Shown here one piece after another: positions 1 to 11,689 of a stretch of DNA of 64,000 nt. The stretch spans positions 52,576,001-52,640,000 of the forward strand of contig CM060734.1 of the NCBI GenBank assembly GCA_030704615.1. The letters run 5' to 3'. The notes under the pieces were generated by a model that saw nothing but the letters and a program-made list of their open reading frames with translations, made no database searches and was not told the origin of the DNA. Position 1 is the stretch's first letter; each line of letters begins with the position of its first letter. The stretch comes from Takakia lepidozioides (taxonomy: Eukaryota; Plantae; Bryophyta). The translations under genes were made by a program, and so were the position numbers.

Positions 1-255
1 TTCGACTGTTCCAACCATTTTGCAATTAAAATATTTGAGGTGCTAGACAACCGCAAAAATGTTGACTGTAGTGAGAGATTTTGACTACATAAAATGAGCT
101 GACCGAGACAACCAGTTAAGCAATGGCATGTGTAATCACAATATATAAACTATATATAGCAATATATACGTGGATCATAAGAAGTAAAAACATTTAACTA
201 TTTTTTCACTGACCCAGCACATTAATAGTAAACTAATCGTGTGTTGGTTAAGGTT

Positions 256-480
256 AGTGAAACAAAGCAACTGAATTATCTGAACGAATAATAAACAAAC
301 GTCTTGCTAGCAGCTATTGGATGAACGTATGAAAGGTTAGTGAAACAGAACAACTGAATTATAAACAAACGCCTTGCTGGCAGCTGTTGGATGAACGTAT
401 GAAATATAATTTGTGTGCACTGGATGAACGTATGAATGAACGATAAAGCAAACGCCTTGCTGGCAACTATTGGATGAACG
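256..480. repeat. Degenerate tandem repeat (core gcagctattggatgaacg), possibly DNA-transposon subterminal sequence
   Basis: Three imperfect copies of aaacg(t/c)cttgct(a/g)gca(g/a)ct(a/g)ttggatgaacg, plus an isolated ggatgaacgtatgaa. Similar ggatgaa motifs occur near the right end of the CACTA element (6980-7200). Confidence 0.55.
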
Positions 481-619
481 GAAAATTAAATGGATGGATG
501 GATAGATTGATGGAAAACCCAAAATCCATCCATCTACGATACATTCATCCAAATAATTCAAAATGGATTTAGGGTTGCGGGATTGCGTTCAGCGATGAGT
601 AAGTTATGGAACTTGATCG

Positions 620-2370
620 TTTTGCTATGTTTGTGTGGGAGGATCTGCAGGATATGCAATAGCTTGGGTGGACAACCGCAATCACAAGGTGTGGCTTTTC
701 TTAATGTACGATGTGAAGATGTTTGTCCATCCTGCAAATGTGGGCTCTTAGTACCATGATTTGGTATTCTTCCTGATGTTTACAACGTTCTTGGGAGAGT
801 CGGCTTGGTCTTAGCAGGCCGTGTTTCAATCTCCGCCCGCTTAGCTGCATCGTGGTGGTTCTCGCAGACTAATCCTCTCACAGACCAATCCGACATTACC
901 TGACTACAGACACAAGCAGCACACACAAGAGGTGGTCAGTCAAATCCTCGATGTGTCATGACACAAGGTCGAGGACAATGTGGTGAGGGCACCTTCTTCG
1001 ACGTCTTTCAGCTTGTTTTGCCCGCTCATCAGACTCGGCCCTGAATTTGCAGCACGGAGCAGAGCAGACATGAGTTTTGTAAAGATCTTTCACGATGGTG
1101 CGACAACCACAATCGCAAGGTGTGGCTTTTTCTTAATGTACGATGTGAAGAAGTTTGTCCATCATGTAAATGTGGGCTGTTGGCTCCTGTTAGTACCATG
1201 ATTTGGTATTCTTCCTGATGTTTACAAGGTTCTTGGGAGAGAGCTTGGTCTTAGCAGGCCGTGTTTCAATCTCTGCTCAGCTGCACCGTGGTTGTTTCTC
1301 ACAAACCAATCCGACAGTTCCTGACGATGGACACAAGCAGCACACACAAAAGGATCTTTGGGTTGATGGTCTGTCAAATCCTCTATGGGTCATGACACAA
1401 GGTCAAGGTCAACAATGTGGTGAGGGCACCTTCTTCTTCAACTTATTTCTGCCTATTTTACCTTCTCATCAGACTCGGCCCTGAGATGCATATTGAATTC
1501 TATAAGTTAGCTCGTTGGGTGGATCTGTGGTGGTTAGGAGTGACTTTGACAAGTTACTGCCGATGTGGCAGCAGGAAAGTATCCAAAAACAGATAACATA
1601 GATTAGGAGAAGCTCGTTTGTGGATCTATGGTGGTTTTGGAGTGATTTTGACATGTTACTGTAGGTAGGGTTAGGGCGTCAGTGTCAGCTACTTCAGCTG
1701 CTAGCTGCAGCAAGGCAAGGATGTGTGCATGATTTGTGCAGAGGTCTGGATAGCTGAAGGAGCAGGGATAGACTGTGGGTCCAGATTCATCCAAGAGGGC
1801 CGAATTTCAAGCTCCAGATTACTTATGATTCCCTGTGGAAGGATAGCTACACGAAACCTGCATGGGTAGATGGTGAACTGGAAGCCACAGCACCAGCGGC
1901 TCAATTGATAAAATCAGGCGCTAATGAAGGTACCTTCTTGAACAGATTTCTCACTGTTTTTCCCTCTTATCAGAATTGGATCTAAATTTTCATGTTGAAT
2001 TCTAATACTTTTCTGACCCGGGGCAATGGCGGGACAATCGAGGCAAAAAGGTGAATGCTTGTTGGATTACAAAGAGTAGCAAATGCAATTGACCATAGGA
2101 ACTGGTGTGATAAGTTGAGTTAGGTGTTTCCTAGAACAAATCTAGGCTGTCATTGTCAGGTACTAGCGACAAGGCAAGAATGCAGTATGCATGATTTGTG
2201 CAGAGGCATGGATAGCTGAAGGAGCAGGGATAGATTGTGGGTCAAGGTTCATCCAAGAGGGTTGGACTTCAAGCTCCAGATTACCTATGATTCCATGTGG
2301 ATCAATAGCTACAAGAAACCTGCATGGGTAGATGGTCAAGTAAAGCTAGCAGCTGCAGTGGCACAGTTGA
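620..2370 (+). pseudogene. Decayed tandem OSB-type PDF motifs (5' part of a PDF-PPR-DYW gene)
   Basis: Translates to YFSDPGQWRDNRGKK (2006-2050) and VHPRGLDFKLQITYDSMWINSYKKPAWVDGQV (2247-2342). A second half-motif IHPRGPNFKLQITYDSLWKDSYTKPAWVDGEL starts near 1785. These match the W..FF.NP..WWDNR..K.NP..PDFKHK.T..ALW...P.WV motif of organellar ssDNA-binding (OSB) proteins. 677-1040 and 1107-1480 are a tandem duplication. Stops and frameshifts are present. Confidence 0.7.
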
Positions 2371-2449
2371 TAAAATCAAGCACCTCAACCATGACCACAG
2401 CTTCTGAAAGAGGATCAAGAGAGGGAGTCCACAAGCCTCTTCTGCTGGG

Positions 2450-2847
2450 CATGTGAAGATGCTTTGTGAGGCAAGCAGATTGACAGAGGCTCTACAACTT
2501 TAAACTAACAAGGCATTTCAGCAGATTCAGATACGTCTTCTGTCTCTTGCTTAAGTGCATCAAGATGAAAGGTTTGGAAGCTGGAAACAGGTGCACACTC
2601 ACATTATCCAAAGTGATTAACGTCAAATGTTTTTCTACTCAACACCCTTGTCAACATGTATGTTAAGTGTGGGAGCATCATGGATGCTCAACAGGTTTTC
2701 CACAAAATGCCTCGACCATCTTTGATCATGTGGAATATAATGTTGGCAGGATTTACCAAGCATGGGTGTGGTAGGAATGCTTTGGAGATCTATGAGCAAA
2801 TGTTGCAATTCGTGTGCAAGCCTGGGAGCCCTGGAAAAGGGGAAAGA
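2450..2847 (+). pseudogene. PLS-class PPR array, N-terminal part (interrupted by CACTA)
   Basis: Reads NTLVNMYVKCGSIMDAQQVFHKMPRPSLIMWNIMLAGFTKHGCGRNALEIYEQM, then an L-motif LEKGK cut at 2847 that resumes at 7532. Confidence 0.85.
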
Positions 2848-3779
2848 CACTACAACAGATGAGCGTTTTTATGACTGCATATATGACTATTTTTTCAGTC
2901 CTATATGCGTTCATGACTATATCACTCTGTAGTGAAAAAAAGCCCTGTCATAGCGACTAGTCTTTAGGACTGCGTTTTGCAAATCATAGCCGTGACTGCG
3001 TGCGTGGCACCTGGAGTCATGCATAAGAGAGTGATGTAGTCACAACTCTATGACTTACATATGACTAACTATATGACTACATTGTCTGCTGAGCGTTGCC
3101 TACATGGAGAGGCTCTAGAAAAACACGTGCACCACTGTACAAGCGACACGTCACAACACCTGTTGCACTCCAAATGTGACATGTGGCACTTAGACAGAAT
3201 ATATAACTAGCATATATGACTACTTATCTTTACACGTGGTGAAAATATGGATAAAAGAATGTCGTGTCATATAATGCCACGTATTCTAGTTCGAGCAGGG
3301 TTTATGCCACGTGTCATCAAGAATGTTATTTGAAAATAACTTAATAGTTTATATTTATAATTTTAAATTATTAAATTAATATTTTATTTTTAAAAACAGG
3401 GGGATAGCAGCTTGGAATTTTTTATTAAATGGTATTATTGTTTAATTTAATAATGCTATATAAAATAAAATAGATTAAATGATTTAAATTCTTCATTACA
3501 TGGTGAAATTCCGATATAAAAACAGAATGGACCCCTCTTGCATACTGACAGTCAAAATAGACAAGTACAGGGGAATACACGCCCTGTAAATTATATTACA
3601 AAAATCCAAATGAGACCACTGTCCCAATGGATACCTCAAAGGCCACAAGGTCCAAAAATCCATGCCTGGAAAGGCCCAGTAAGCAAAAAATAAGCAAGCC
3701 CACACACATGGGTTGTAGTACTAGTTTGTTCTAGTGCTACTAGAATCAAGGACCCTGTTAAATAGTGCAGTACTTCTTG

Positions 3780-4480
3780 ATACGGTCGATTCTGATAAGA
3801 GAGAAAAACAGGGTGAAATGTGTTGAAGAAGGTGCCTTGATTAACAGTGTCTGATTTGATCAATTGTGTCGTTGTTGCTACGGCTTCCAGTTGACCATCG
3901 ACCCATGCAGGTTTCTTGTACCTATCCTTCCACAGGGAATCATAGGTAATCTGGAGCTTGAAATCCGGCCCTCTTGGATGAATTTGGACCCACACTCTAT
4001 CCCTGCTCCTTCAGTTATCCATGCCCCTGCACAAATCATGCATACATTCTCGCCTTGTTGCTAGCAGCTGAGAATGATAGCCTAGAATTGCTTAAGCAAA
4101 CACCCCAACCCTACTTATCACACTAGTTCCTATGCTTACATCTGCTTCCAAAAAACATTCACCTTTTGCCTCGATTGTTCCACCATTGACTAAGGTCGGA
4201 AACGTATTCATTCCAGAGCTTCTCCTCGAGTCTCTGTCATCTATTTTTCGATACTTTCCTGTCGACCACATTGGCAGTAACATGTCAAAATCACTCCAAA
4301 ACCACCATAGATCCACCAACGAGCTAACTTGCAGAATTCAACATGAAAATTTAGGGACGACTCTGACAGCAGGGGAAAACAGGGTGAAATATGTTGAAGA
4401 AAGTACCTTCATTAGCAACACCTTATTCTATGAATTGTGCTGTTGCCGCTGCTGTTTCCAGTTGACCATCTACCCACTTG
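3780..4480 (-). pseudogene. CACTA cargo: PDF-motif fragments
   Basis: ORF 3636..3995(-) contains IHPRGPDFKLQITYDSLWKDRYKKPAWVDGQLEA. A PDF first half (LWNE..SDLSQWWNNRGK) lies near 4161-4220. Homologous to 1430-2370(+). Confidence 0.75.
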
Positions 4481-4499
4481 TAGCCGCTGTGCTATTGAA

Positions 4500-4672
4500 G
4501 AACGAGCCCCCTTCCCCCATCATTTGCTCATAGGTCTCCAAAGCCTCCATCCCGCACCCCCTACCCTACAAGCATCGCACTCCACGACACCACATCTCGT
4601 TCAGCCATAGTGTTGAACACTCCCTTGGCATCCTCGATGCACCCACATTTGGCATACATGTCCACCAGGGTA
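4500..4672 (-). pseudogene. CACTA cargo: PLS-PPR fragment
   Basis: Minus strand reads [48 protein letters not shown], near-identical to the array at 7532-9020. Confidence 0.85.
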
Positions 4673-4754
4673 GGGGCAGTGTTCAGAATCTAAACCGTGC
4701 ACAAAGGTTGAGTATTGGAGGATGGCAAAGTCTGAGTATAGGTAGGAACAGTAC

Positions 4755-5149
4755 TGTAGGCTCTGCCAGTCTTCTCGCACAAGAAAACGTCACCAATTTG
4801 ATGGTACGTACAGGTTCTACCAGAGCACCAATGATCACCAGCATATACGTCAATCATGCTTTGGCTACGCCGCCATGCTGTCACTTGGTCTGCAACCGAT
4901 GTATCCACCACCACAAGATCATCATGTACCTGAGAAGTGAAAAAATCCACATAACCATCTAGGTCTTTAGCTCTGTTGACCAGTAGAGGCAGCCGAGATC
5001 AGAAGCATAAATGCCATGATCACAGCCCTAGACAGCAAAACCAAGGGGACAAAATGCTTTGGAAGTAAAACTTACAGCCTGCACCAGAGGGCCTCATCAG
5101 ATGCAATGCTTCGTAGGAACCGGCACACACTTGAACATGTAGAAAGATC
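4755..5149 (-). pseudogene. CACTA cargo: two exons of a SKIP31-like F-box protein gene
   Basis: Exon 5149-5076 reads DLSTCSSVCRFLRSIASDEALWCRL|gtaag (F-box end). Exon 4929-4755 reads ag|VHDDLVVVDTSVADQVTAWRRSQSMIDVYAGDHWCSGRTCTYHQIGDVFLCEKTGRA|gt. Both match SKIP31 family motifs from memory. Intronic flanks are retained. Confidence 0.75.
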
Positions 5150-5299
5150 TTGCACAAAGATGCAATCCCAACCAGGTCACACAACCTCCAAAATATGAAA
5201 AGTTCATTACTTTTACAGCGGAAAGCCAGACTTTCAGCACTGCCCTGACGCCCAAGACAACAGGGCCTCGGGTTGCAACATGACTGGTGATCAAAATCA

Positions 5300-6290
5300 T
5301 GACAGACATTCACCTTTTTGGCTCGGTTGTCCCACCATTGACTGGGGTCAGAAAAGTATTCATTCCACAACTTCTCCTTATCTGTGTTACCTCTTTTTGG
5401 ATACTTTCATGTTGTCACATTGGCAGTATCATGTCAAAGTCATTCCAAACTATCCCATGTTCACTCAACCAGCTAACTTGCAGAATTCAACATGAAAATT
5501 TAGGGCCGATTCTGATAAGAGGGAAAAACAGGGTGAAATGTGTTGAAGAAGGTGGCGTCATTAGCAGACCATCTTCTCATTAGCAAATGTCTTGTAGCTG
5601 TTGATCCACAGGGAATCAGAAGTAATCTTGTGTTTGAAATCCGGCCTTCTTGGATGAATCTGGACCTCTATCCCTGGTCCTTCAGCTATCCCTGCCTGTG
5701 TACAAATCATGAATATATGATGTAAGCAGCTGACACTGACGGCGTGAAGTTCTTCCAGCAAATACCCCAACCCTAATTATTACAGTAGTTCCAATTCTTA
5801 ATTGCATCTGCTTCTCTCTAGTATAGTCCAACAGGCATTCACCTTTTTGCCTCCATTGTCCCGCCATTGACTGGGGTCGGAAAAGTGTTCATTCCAAAGC
5901 TTCTCCTCATCTCTGTTACTTATATTTGGATACTTTCCTACTGCTACATCGGCAGCAACTTGTAAAAGTCACTCTAAACCACCACAGATCCGCCCAACAA
6001 GCTAACTTACAGGATTCAATATGCATCTCAGGGCCGAGTCTGATGAGAGGGCAAAACAGGCTGAAATAGGTTGAAGAAGAAGGTGCCCTCACCACATTGT
6101 TCTTGACCTTGTGTCATGACCCATGGAGGATTTGACGGACCATCAACCCAAAAGGACCTCTTGGGTGTGCTGCTTGTGTCTGTAGTCAGGTGATGTCAGA
6201 TTGGTATGTGAGATCGAACCACCACGGTGCAGCTGAGCAGGCAGAGATTGAAACACGGCCTGCTAAGACCAAGCTGACTTTCCCAAGAAC
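5300..6290 (-). pseudogene. CACTA cargo: inverted paralogous copy of the PDF region
   Basis: Contains LWNEYFSDPSQWWDNRAKK (5375-5311) and IHPRRPDFKHKITSDSLWINSYK (5660-5590). 6240-6290 is the reverse complement of 787-835 and 1229-1275. Confidence 0.8.
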
Positions 6291-7531
6291 GGCGAGCTTC
6301 TCCTCGTCTCGTCTCTCTCCCAAAAACGGCGAGCTCGCAAGAATATTGGGAGCTTCTCCTCCTCGACGAGATGACGAGAGATGTCGGATGATGTCGGAGT
6401 TGTCTCGTCTCCTCCTCCTCTTTTCCTTCATTTGCTCAAGAGTGGGTAGGTCTGTAAAGCCTCCATCCCACGCTCCAGCATCATCACGTTCCATGACACA
6501 ACATCTCTCGCATGCGCAAGAGAAAAAAAAAAGCCCAAGTCCCAGGCCTTTGTTCAGGGAACCCTGTAAGCAACTTTTTGATTTTTTTAAACCTTTTGCA
6601 AACCCTATAAGCAACTTTTTGAAAAAAAATTAACTTTTTGCACTTTGATTAATTCTAGTGGTCATAGGCTAAAATCCTACTACCATCATCATCCCCTTCT
6701 ATTGTTGCATCTGCCAAAACTCTCAGCCCGGACTTAAGCGAATTTGCTCATGAAGTTCGATATACCTAATCTTAAACCGTTAGATCTTAAACAATCTAGA
6801 CCGTTAGATCTTATACAATCTATCGATTCAAAATAATTTCCATGTACAACCATGACCATTGCGTATCTTAATCTCATATATCTTGCGATGCTTGTTAAGC
6901 CACGTCCATCCAGGTCCAATTTATTGAACAAATATCAAATCCCCACACATATTCAAAGCTGATAGGAATTTGTGGTAAACATGGATGGATGAGCTCATCC
7001 AATGGATGGATCCATTCATGTATATGCCTTCAAAATGACACGTGTAGTAATAGAATCATATAAATGCCTTTAAAATGACACGTGTAGTGATGTAGTCATA
7101 TATATAGGGTTATGAAACAACCTGCACTTAGGCAGTCATAAGTTTACATGCCATGTCATGTTGTGGATGAACTCATCCAATGGATGAATACATTCGTGTA
7201 TGTGGCTTCAAAATGACACGTGTAGTGATGTAGTCATATAATTAGAGCTGTGAAACCATCTTCAGTCATGGAGTCATAAGATTCCATGAAACGTCGTCCA
7301 CGTGTAGTCAAACATATCACACTAGTCATATAAACCATCCATGTCATCGTGGTCAACAATGTTTGACCAATGCTCCCTAACTTTCTAGAGTCATGTAGTG
7401 ATATCCATTACTACAGAGTGATAAAACTATGATTGCAACGCATTTCAGCGGTGTGTAGTCGTATACCTAGTGCAGTTTTTATGACTCCGCCAAAGCCGTA
7501 GTCCTAAAAATGCTCATCTCTTGTAGTGAGA

Positions 7532-9710
7532 GGTCCCTGATGACAACGTGAAAGCTGGAATTGTACCAGATGTCATTCTGAACAGTGCTCTGGTCGACAT
7601 GTATGCCAAATGTAAGTGCATTAAGGATGCAAAGGCAGTTTTCAACACTATGGCTGAACGAGATGTGGTGTCGTGGCACGCGATGCTTGCAGGGTATGCA
7701 TAGCAGGGACGTGGGATGGTGGCTTTGGAGACCTATGATCAAATGATGGGGGAAGGGGTGAAGCCCGATCGCATCACGTTTGTGTGCAATGCGTGTGCAA
7801 GCCTGGCAGCTCTGGAAAAGGGGAAAGAGGATGCGAAGGCAGTTTTCAACGCTATGGCTGAACAAGATGGTGGTGTCGTGAAGGGGGAATTGTGGCTTTG
7901 GAGACCTGTGATCAAATGATGTGGGAAGGGGTGAAGCCCAACCACATCACGTTTGTGTGCATTTGCAATGCATGTGCAAAGAGGTGCATGGTTGCATCGT
8001 GAAAGCTGGAATTGTACTAGATGTCATTCTGAACAATACCCTCGTGGACATGTATGCCAATTGTGGGAGCATTGAGGATGCTGAGGGAGTGTTCAACAAT
8101 ATGGCTGAACAAGATGTGGTGTCATGGAACGCCATGCTTGCAGGATATGCACAGCAGGGGCGCGGGATGGAGGCTGTGGAGACCTACGAGCAAATGATGG
8201 AGGAAGGGGTGAAGCCCAACCACATAAAGTTTATGTGCGTCTGCAAGCCTGGCAGCCCTGGAAAAGGGCAAAGAGGTCCATGGTCGCATCGTCACAGCTG
8301 AAAATGTACCAGATGTGATTATGAACAATACCTTGTGGACATGTATGCCAAATGTGGAGGGAGTGTTCAACAATATGGCTGAACGAAATTGGTGTCATGG
8401 AACGCCATGCTTGCAGGATATGCACAGCGGGGCACGTGATGGAGGCATTGGAGACCTATGAGCAAATGGGGGAAGGGGTGAAGCGCAACAACATCACGTT
8501 TGTGTGCGTTTGCAATGCTTGTGCAAGCCTGACAGCCCTGGAAAAGGGCAAAGAGGTCCATGGTTGCATCGTCAAAGCTGGAATTGTATCAGATGTGATT
8601 CTGAACAACACCCTTGGGGACATACATATCAAATGTGGGCATTGAGGACGTGGAGGGAGTGTTCAACAATATGGCTGAACGAGATTTGGTGTCATGGAAC
8701 GCCATGCTTGCAGGGTATGCACTACAGGGGGGCGGGATGGAGGCCTTGGAGACCTATGAGCAAATGATGGTGAAAGGGCTGAAACGCAACCACATCGCGT
8801 TTGTGTGCGTTTGCAGTGCGTGTGCAAGCCTGGCAGCCATGAAAAAGGGCAAAGAGGTGCATGGTTGCATCGCCAAAGCTAGAATTGTACCAGATGTGAT
8901 TCTGAACAATACCCTCGTGGACATGTATGCCAAATGTGGGTGCATTGAGGATACGTAGGGAGTGTTCGACAATATGGCTGAACGAAATGTGGTGTCGTGG
9001 AGCGCGATGATCGCAGGATATGCCCAGCATGGTCATAGGGAGGTCCTGCAACTATTTGCAGGAAATGCAAAAGAATGGCTTGAAGCCGGACAATTTCACC
9101 TTTATATGTGTTCTCGCTGCATGCAGCCACACTGGCCTACTGAATGAAGGAAATCAAGATCATGGTGTCACTCAAACAGTAAAGCACTTTGGCTATATGG
9201 TGGACCTTCTTGGACGTGCGGGACAATTGGATGAGGCAGTGGATCTGATTAATAAGATGCCAATCAATCCAGATCTTGTGGTGTGGAAGGCCGTGCTTGG
9301 TGCCTGCAAAATCCATGGCAATGTGGAGATGGCTGAACGTGCGGCAACATCTATCCTCAAATGGGATGAACAGGATGCCGTGACTTATGTGTTGGTATCA
9401 AACATGTATGTTGCAGCTAGCAGGTGGGATGATACTGCAAAGGTGAGAAGAATGATGAAGGTCAGAGGGGTTAGAAAGCAGCCAGGTCGCTGCTGCATTG
9501 GGGTTGGCAACAGGGTGCACACCTTGCTGTAGATGACAAGTTGCATCCCAATTAAGGAAATCCATGCTGAGCTGAGAAGATTGTCTGGGCAGATGAAGGA
9601 GGCGGGGTATGTGTCTGATACGCGCTTTGTATTACGTGATGTGGGGGAGGAGGAAAAGGAATTTTCTCTTTGCCACCACAGTGAGAGGCTGGCCATTGGT
9701 TTTGGGCTGA
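7532..9710 (+). pseudogene. PLS-PPR array plus E1/E2 and truncated DYW deaminase (RNA-editing factor pseudogene)
   Basis: Near-identical P/L/S motifs (VVSWNAMLAGYAQQG.., HITFVCVCNACASL.., [15 protein letters not shown]..). E domain VVWKAVLGACKIHGNVEMAERAA..YVLVSNMY. PG box KQPGRCCIGV. MKEAGYVSDTRFVL..HSERLAIGFGLI, then the domain breaks off. Many frameshifts and stops. Confidence 0.9.
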
Positions 9711-11040
9711 TCAGGTTTGTGTGCGGTTGCAGTGCGTGTGCAAGCCTGCCAACCCTGGAAAAGGGCAAAGAGGCCCATGGCAACATTGTCAGAGCTGATG
9801 TGGTGTCATAGAACTTGATGCTTGCAGGGTATGCATAGCAGGGGCACTGGATGGAGGCTTTGGCTCTAGATGTTGTGTTTGGCACACTATGTAAACCCAC
9901 TATGTAAGACCAGGGAGTAGTTGAGCAGCTCAGTCTCAACCCTTTCCTAGTGCCAACAAATGATATGGATTCACGCCAAAAAGGTCTGGAAGCTGGAAAG
10001 CAGGTACACACTCACAAGCATCGCAGGATATGCAGAGCAGGGCGTGGGATGGTGGATTTGGAGACCTATGATCAAATGATGGGGGAAGGGGTGAAGCCCT
10101 AACCACATCACGTTTTTGTGTGATTGTAATGCTTATGCAAGCCTGTCAGCCCTGGAAAAGGTCAAAGAGGTCTATGTTGACATTGTCAAAGCTGGAATTG
10201 TACCAGATGTCATTCTGAACTCTGCCCTGGTGGACATGTATGCCCCAATGTCGATGCATTGAGGATGCAAAGCAAGGAACTTATGTGTACTCTGTTTATA
10301 TACTGGGTTGGCATGGAGGCTTTGGAGATTGTGAATGGGTGATGCTTGCAGGGTATGCACAGCAGGGACATGGTATGGAGGCTTTGGAGACCTATGATCA
10401 AATATTGATGGGGGAAGGGGTGAAGCCCAACCACATCACGTTGCAGCATACTGGTACTTCACAGCCATGGCAGCTCTCTCAGCCCCTCCATTTTTTTCTT
10501 TTGGTTTTTTTGGCGCTGGGAGAGCAGCAGCTCTACTGTCTCCTTCCCCTTGCTTATGCCGATCGTTAAAAGGGAAATTGTCATTCTGAACTCTGCCTTG
10601 GTGGACATGTATGCCAAATGTGGGTGCAGCAAGCCTGATGTGAAGGGAGAGTTTGACAATATGGCTGAACGAGTTGTGGTATATTGGAGTGCCATGATTG
10701 CAAGGTATGTGCAGCATGGGTATGGGATTAAGCCTTTGGAAACATAAGAGCAAATGATGTGGGAAGGGATGAAGCCAGACCAGGCCGTCATGTTCATTTG
10801 TTTTTGTAATATGCATATGCGAGCCTAGCAGCCCTGGGAAGGGGCAAAGAGGTTTATGGTGACATTATCCAAGCTGGAATTGTACCAGATGTCATTCTGA
10901 ACATTCCCCTGGTGTACATCTACGTCAAATGTGAGCTTGGCAGCCATCAAAAGGGCACAAAGGTCCATGATGACATCGTCAAAGCTGGAGTTGTCACTCT
11001 AAACACTGCCTTGGTGGATATGTATTTCAAGGCAGCCCTG
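9711..11040 (+). pseudogene. Scrambled PLS-PPR repeat fragments
   Basis: Further degenerate LEKGKEVH / [15 protein letters not shown] / ALETYDQ segments out of register after the broken DYW. Confidence 0.75.
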
Positions 11041-11689
11041 GAAGTGGATGTCACTTTGGGTGACAAGGTAGCTGGCACAACCATTCTCTGGAACTACCTG
11101 AATTCATTCTCAAAATGATTTCTAATGTTCTCTTGACATGTCCACGATAGTGCTGGACCTAGATGCACAACAGATTATCCTTACTCAATGACTTCAGTTG
11201 GGCAGTGATCTATGGATATGGCAACATGGCCCTCATGTTGGTCATTTGTAGAATGTGGCCAAAACTTGTTTTGCAAACATTCTTGATATAAAACCAATTT
11301 TGAGCCATCCAAATGTTTTTGGTTCCGACCTTTATTTGTATTCTATGTTTTGTTGTATTTGTAATATATTTTCAATGCAGTGCAACGAATCAAAAAATTT
11401 AAATACAATATCCACTAATTCACATACGTACAGATATAAACTAAAAGTAAATGAAAAAAACGAAATAACAGTAATAAACAAAAAAACCAAATATTAAATA
11501 AAAAGCCTCCCAATTCATATATATATATAATTTATATGTACATATACACCTCCAGAGTGAAACATATTTACTAAAATATGTCCTCTTTTACTGCTTCACA
11601 GTAGAATATTACAATATACAAAGTCAAGCAAACTCACTATCACTAATTTACAGTCAAACCGTATACTAAACATCATGTAACATAATCAA

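Larger units (their letters stand above)
2848..7528. mobile_element. Non-autonomous CACTA (En/Spm) DNA transposon carrying captured gene fragments (Pack-CACTA)
   Basis: Left TIR CACTACAACAGATGAGCGTTTTTATGAC; right TIR (reverse complement) CACTACAAGAGATGAGCATTTTTAGGAC. 3-bp TSD AGA at 2845-2847 and 7529-7531. Many subterminal ATGACT/AGTCAT motifs. The flanks rejoin into one PPR L-motif. No transposase ORF. Confidence 0.93.

Noticed and set aside
256-480. Repeat-spacer-like pattern (CRISPR?)
   Set aside because: Repeats are degenerate and irregularly spaced, the context is eukaryotic, and there are no cas genes.
620-11040. In-frame stops in the PDF/PPR region rescued by U-to-C editing
   Set aside because: The locus is nuclear and also has many frameshifts. 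C-to-T decay of methylated DNA explains the stops.
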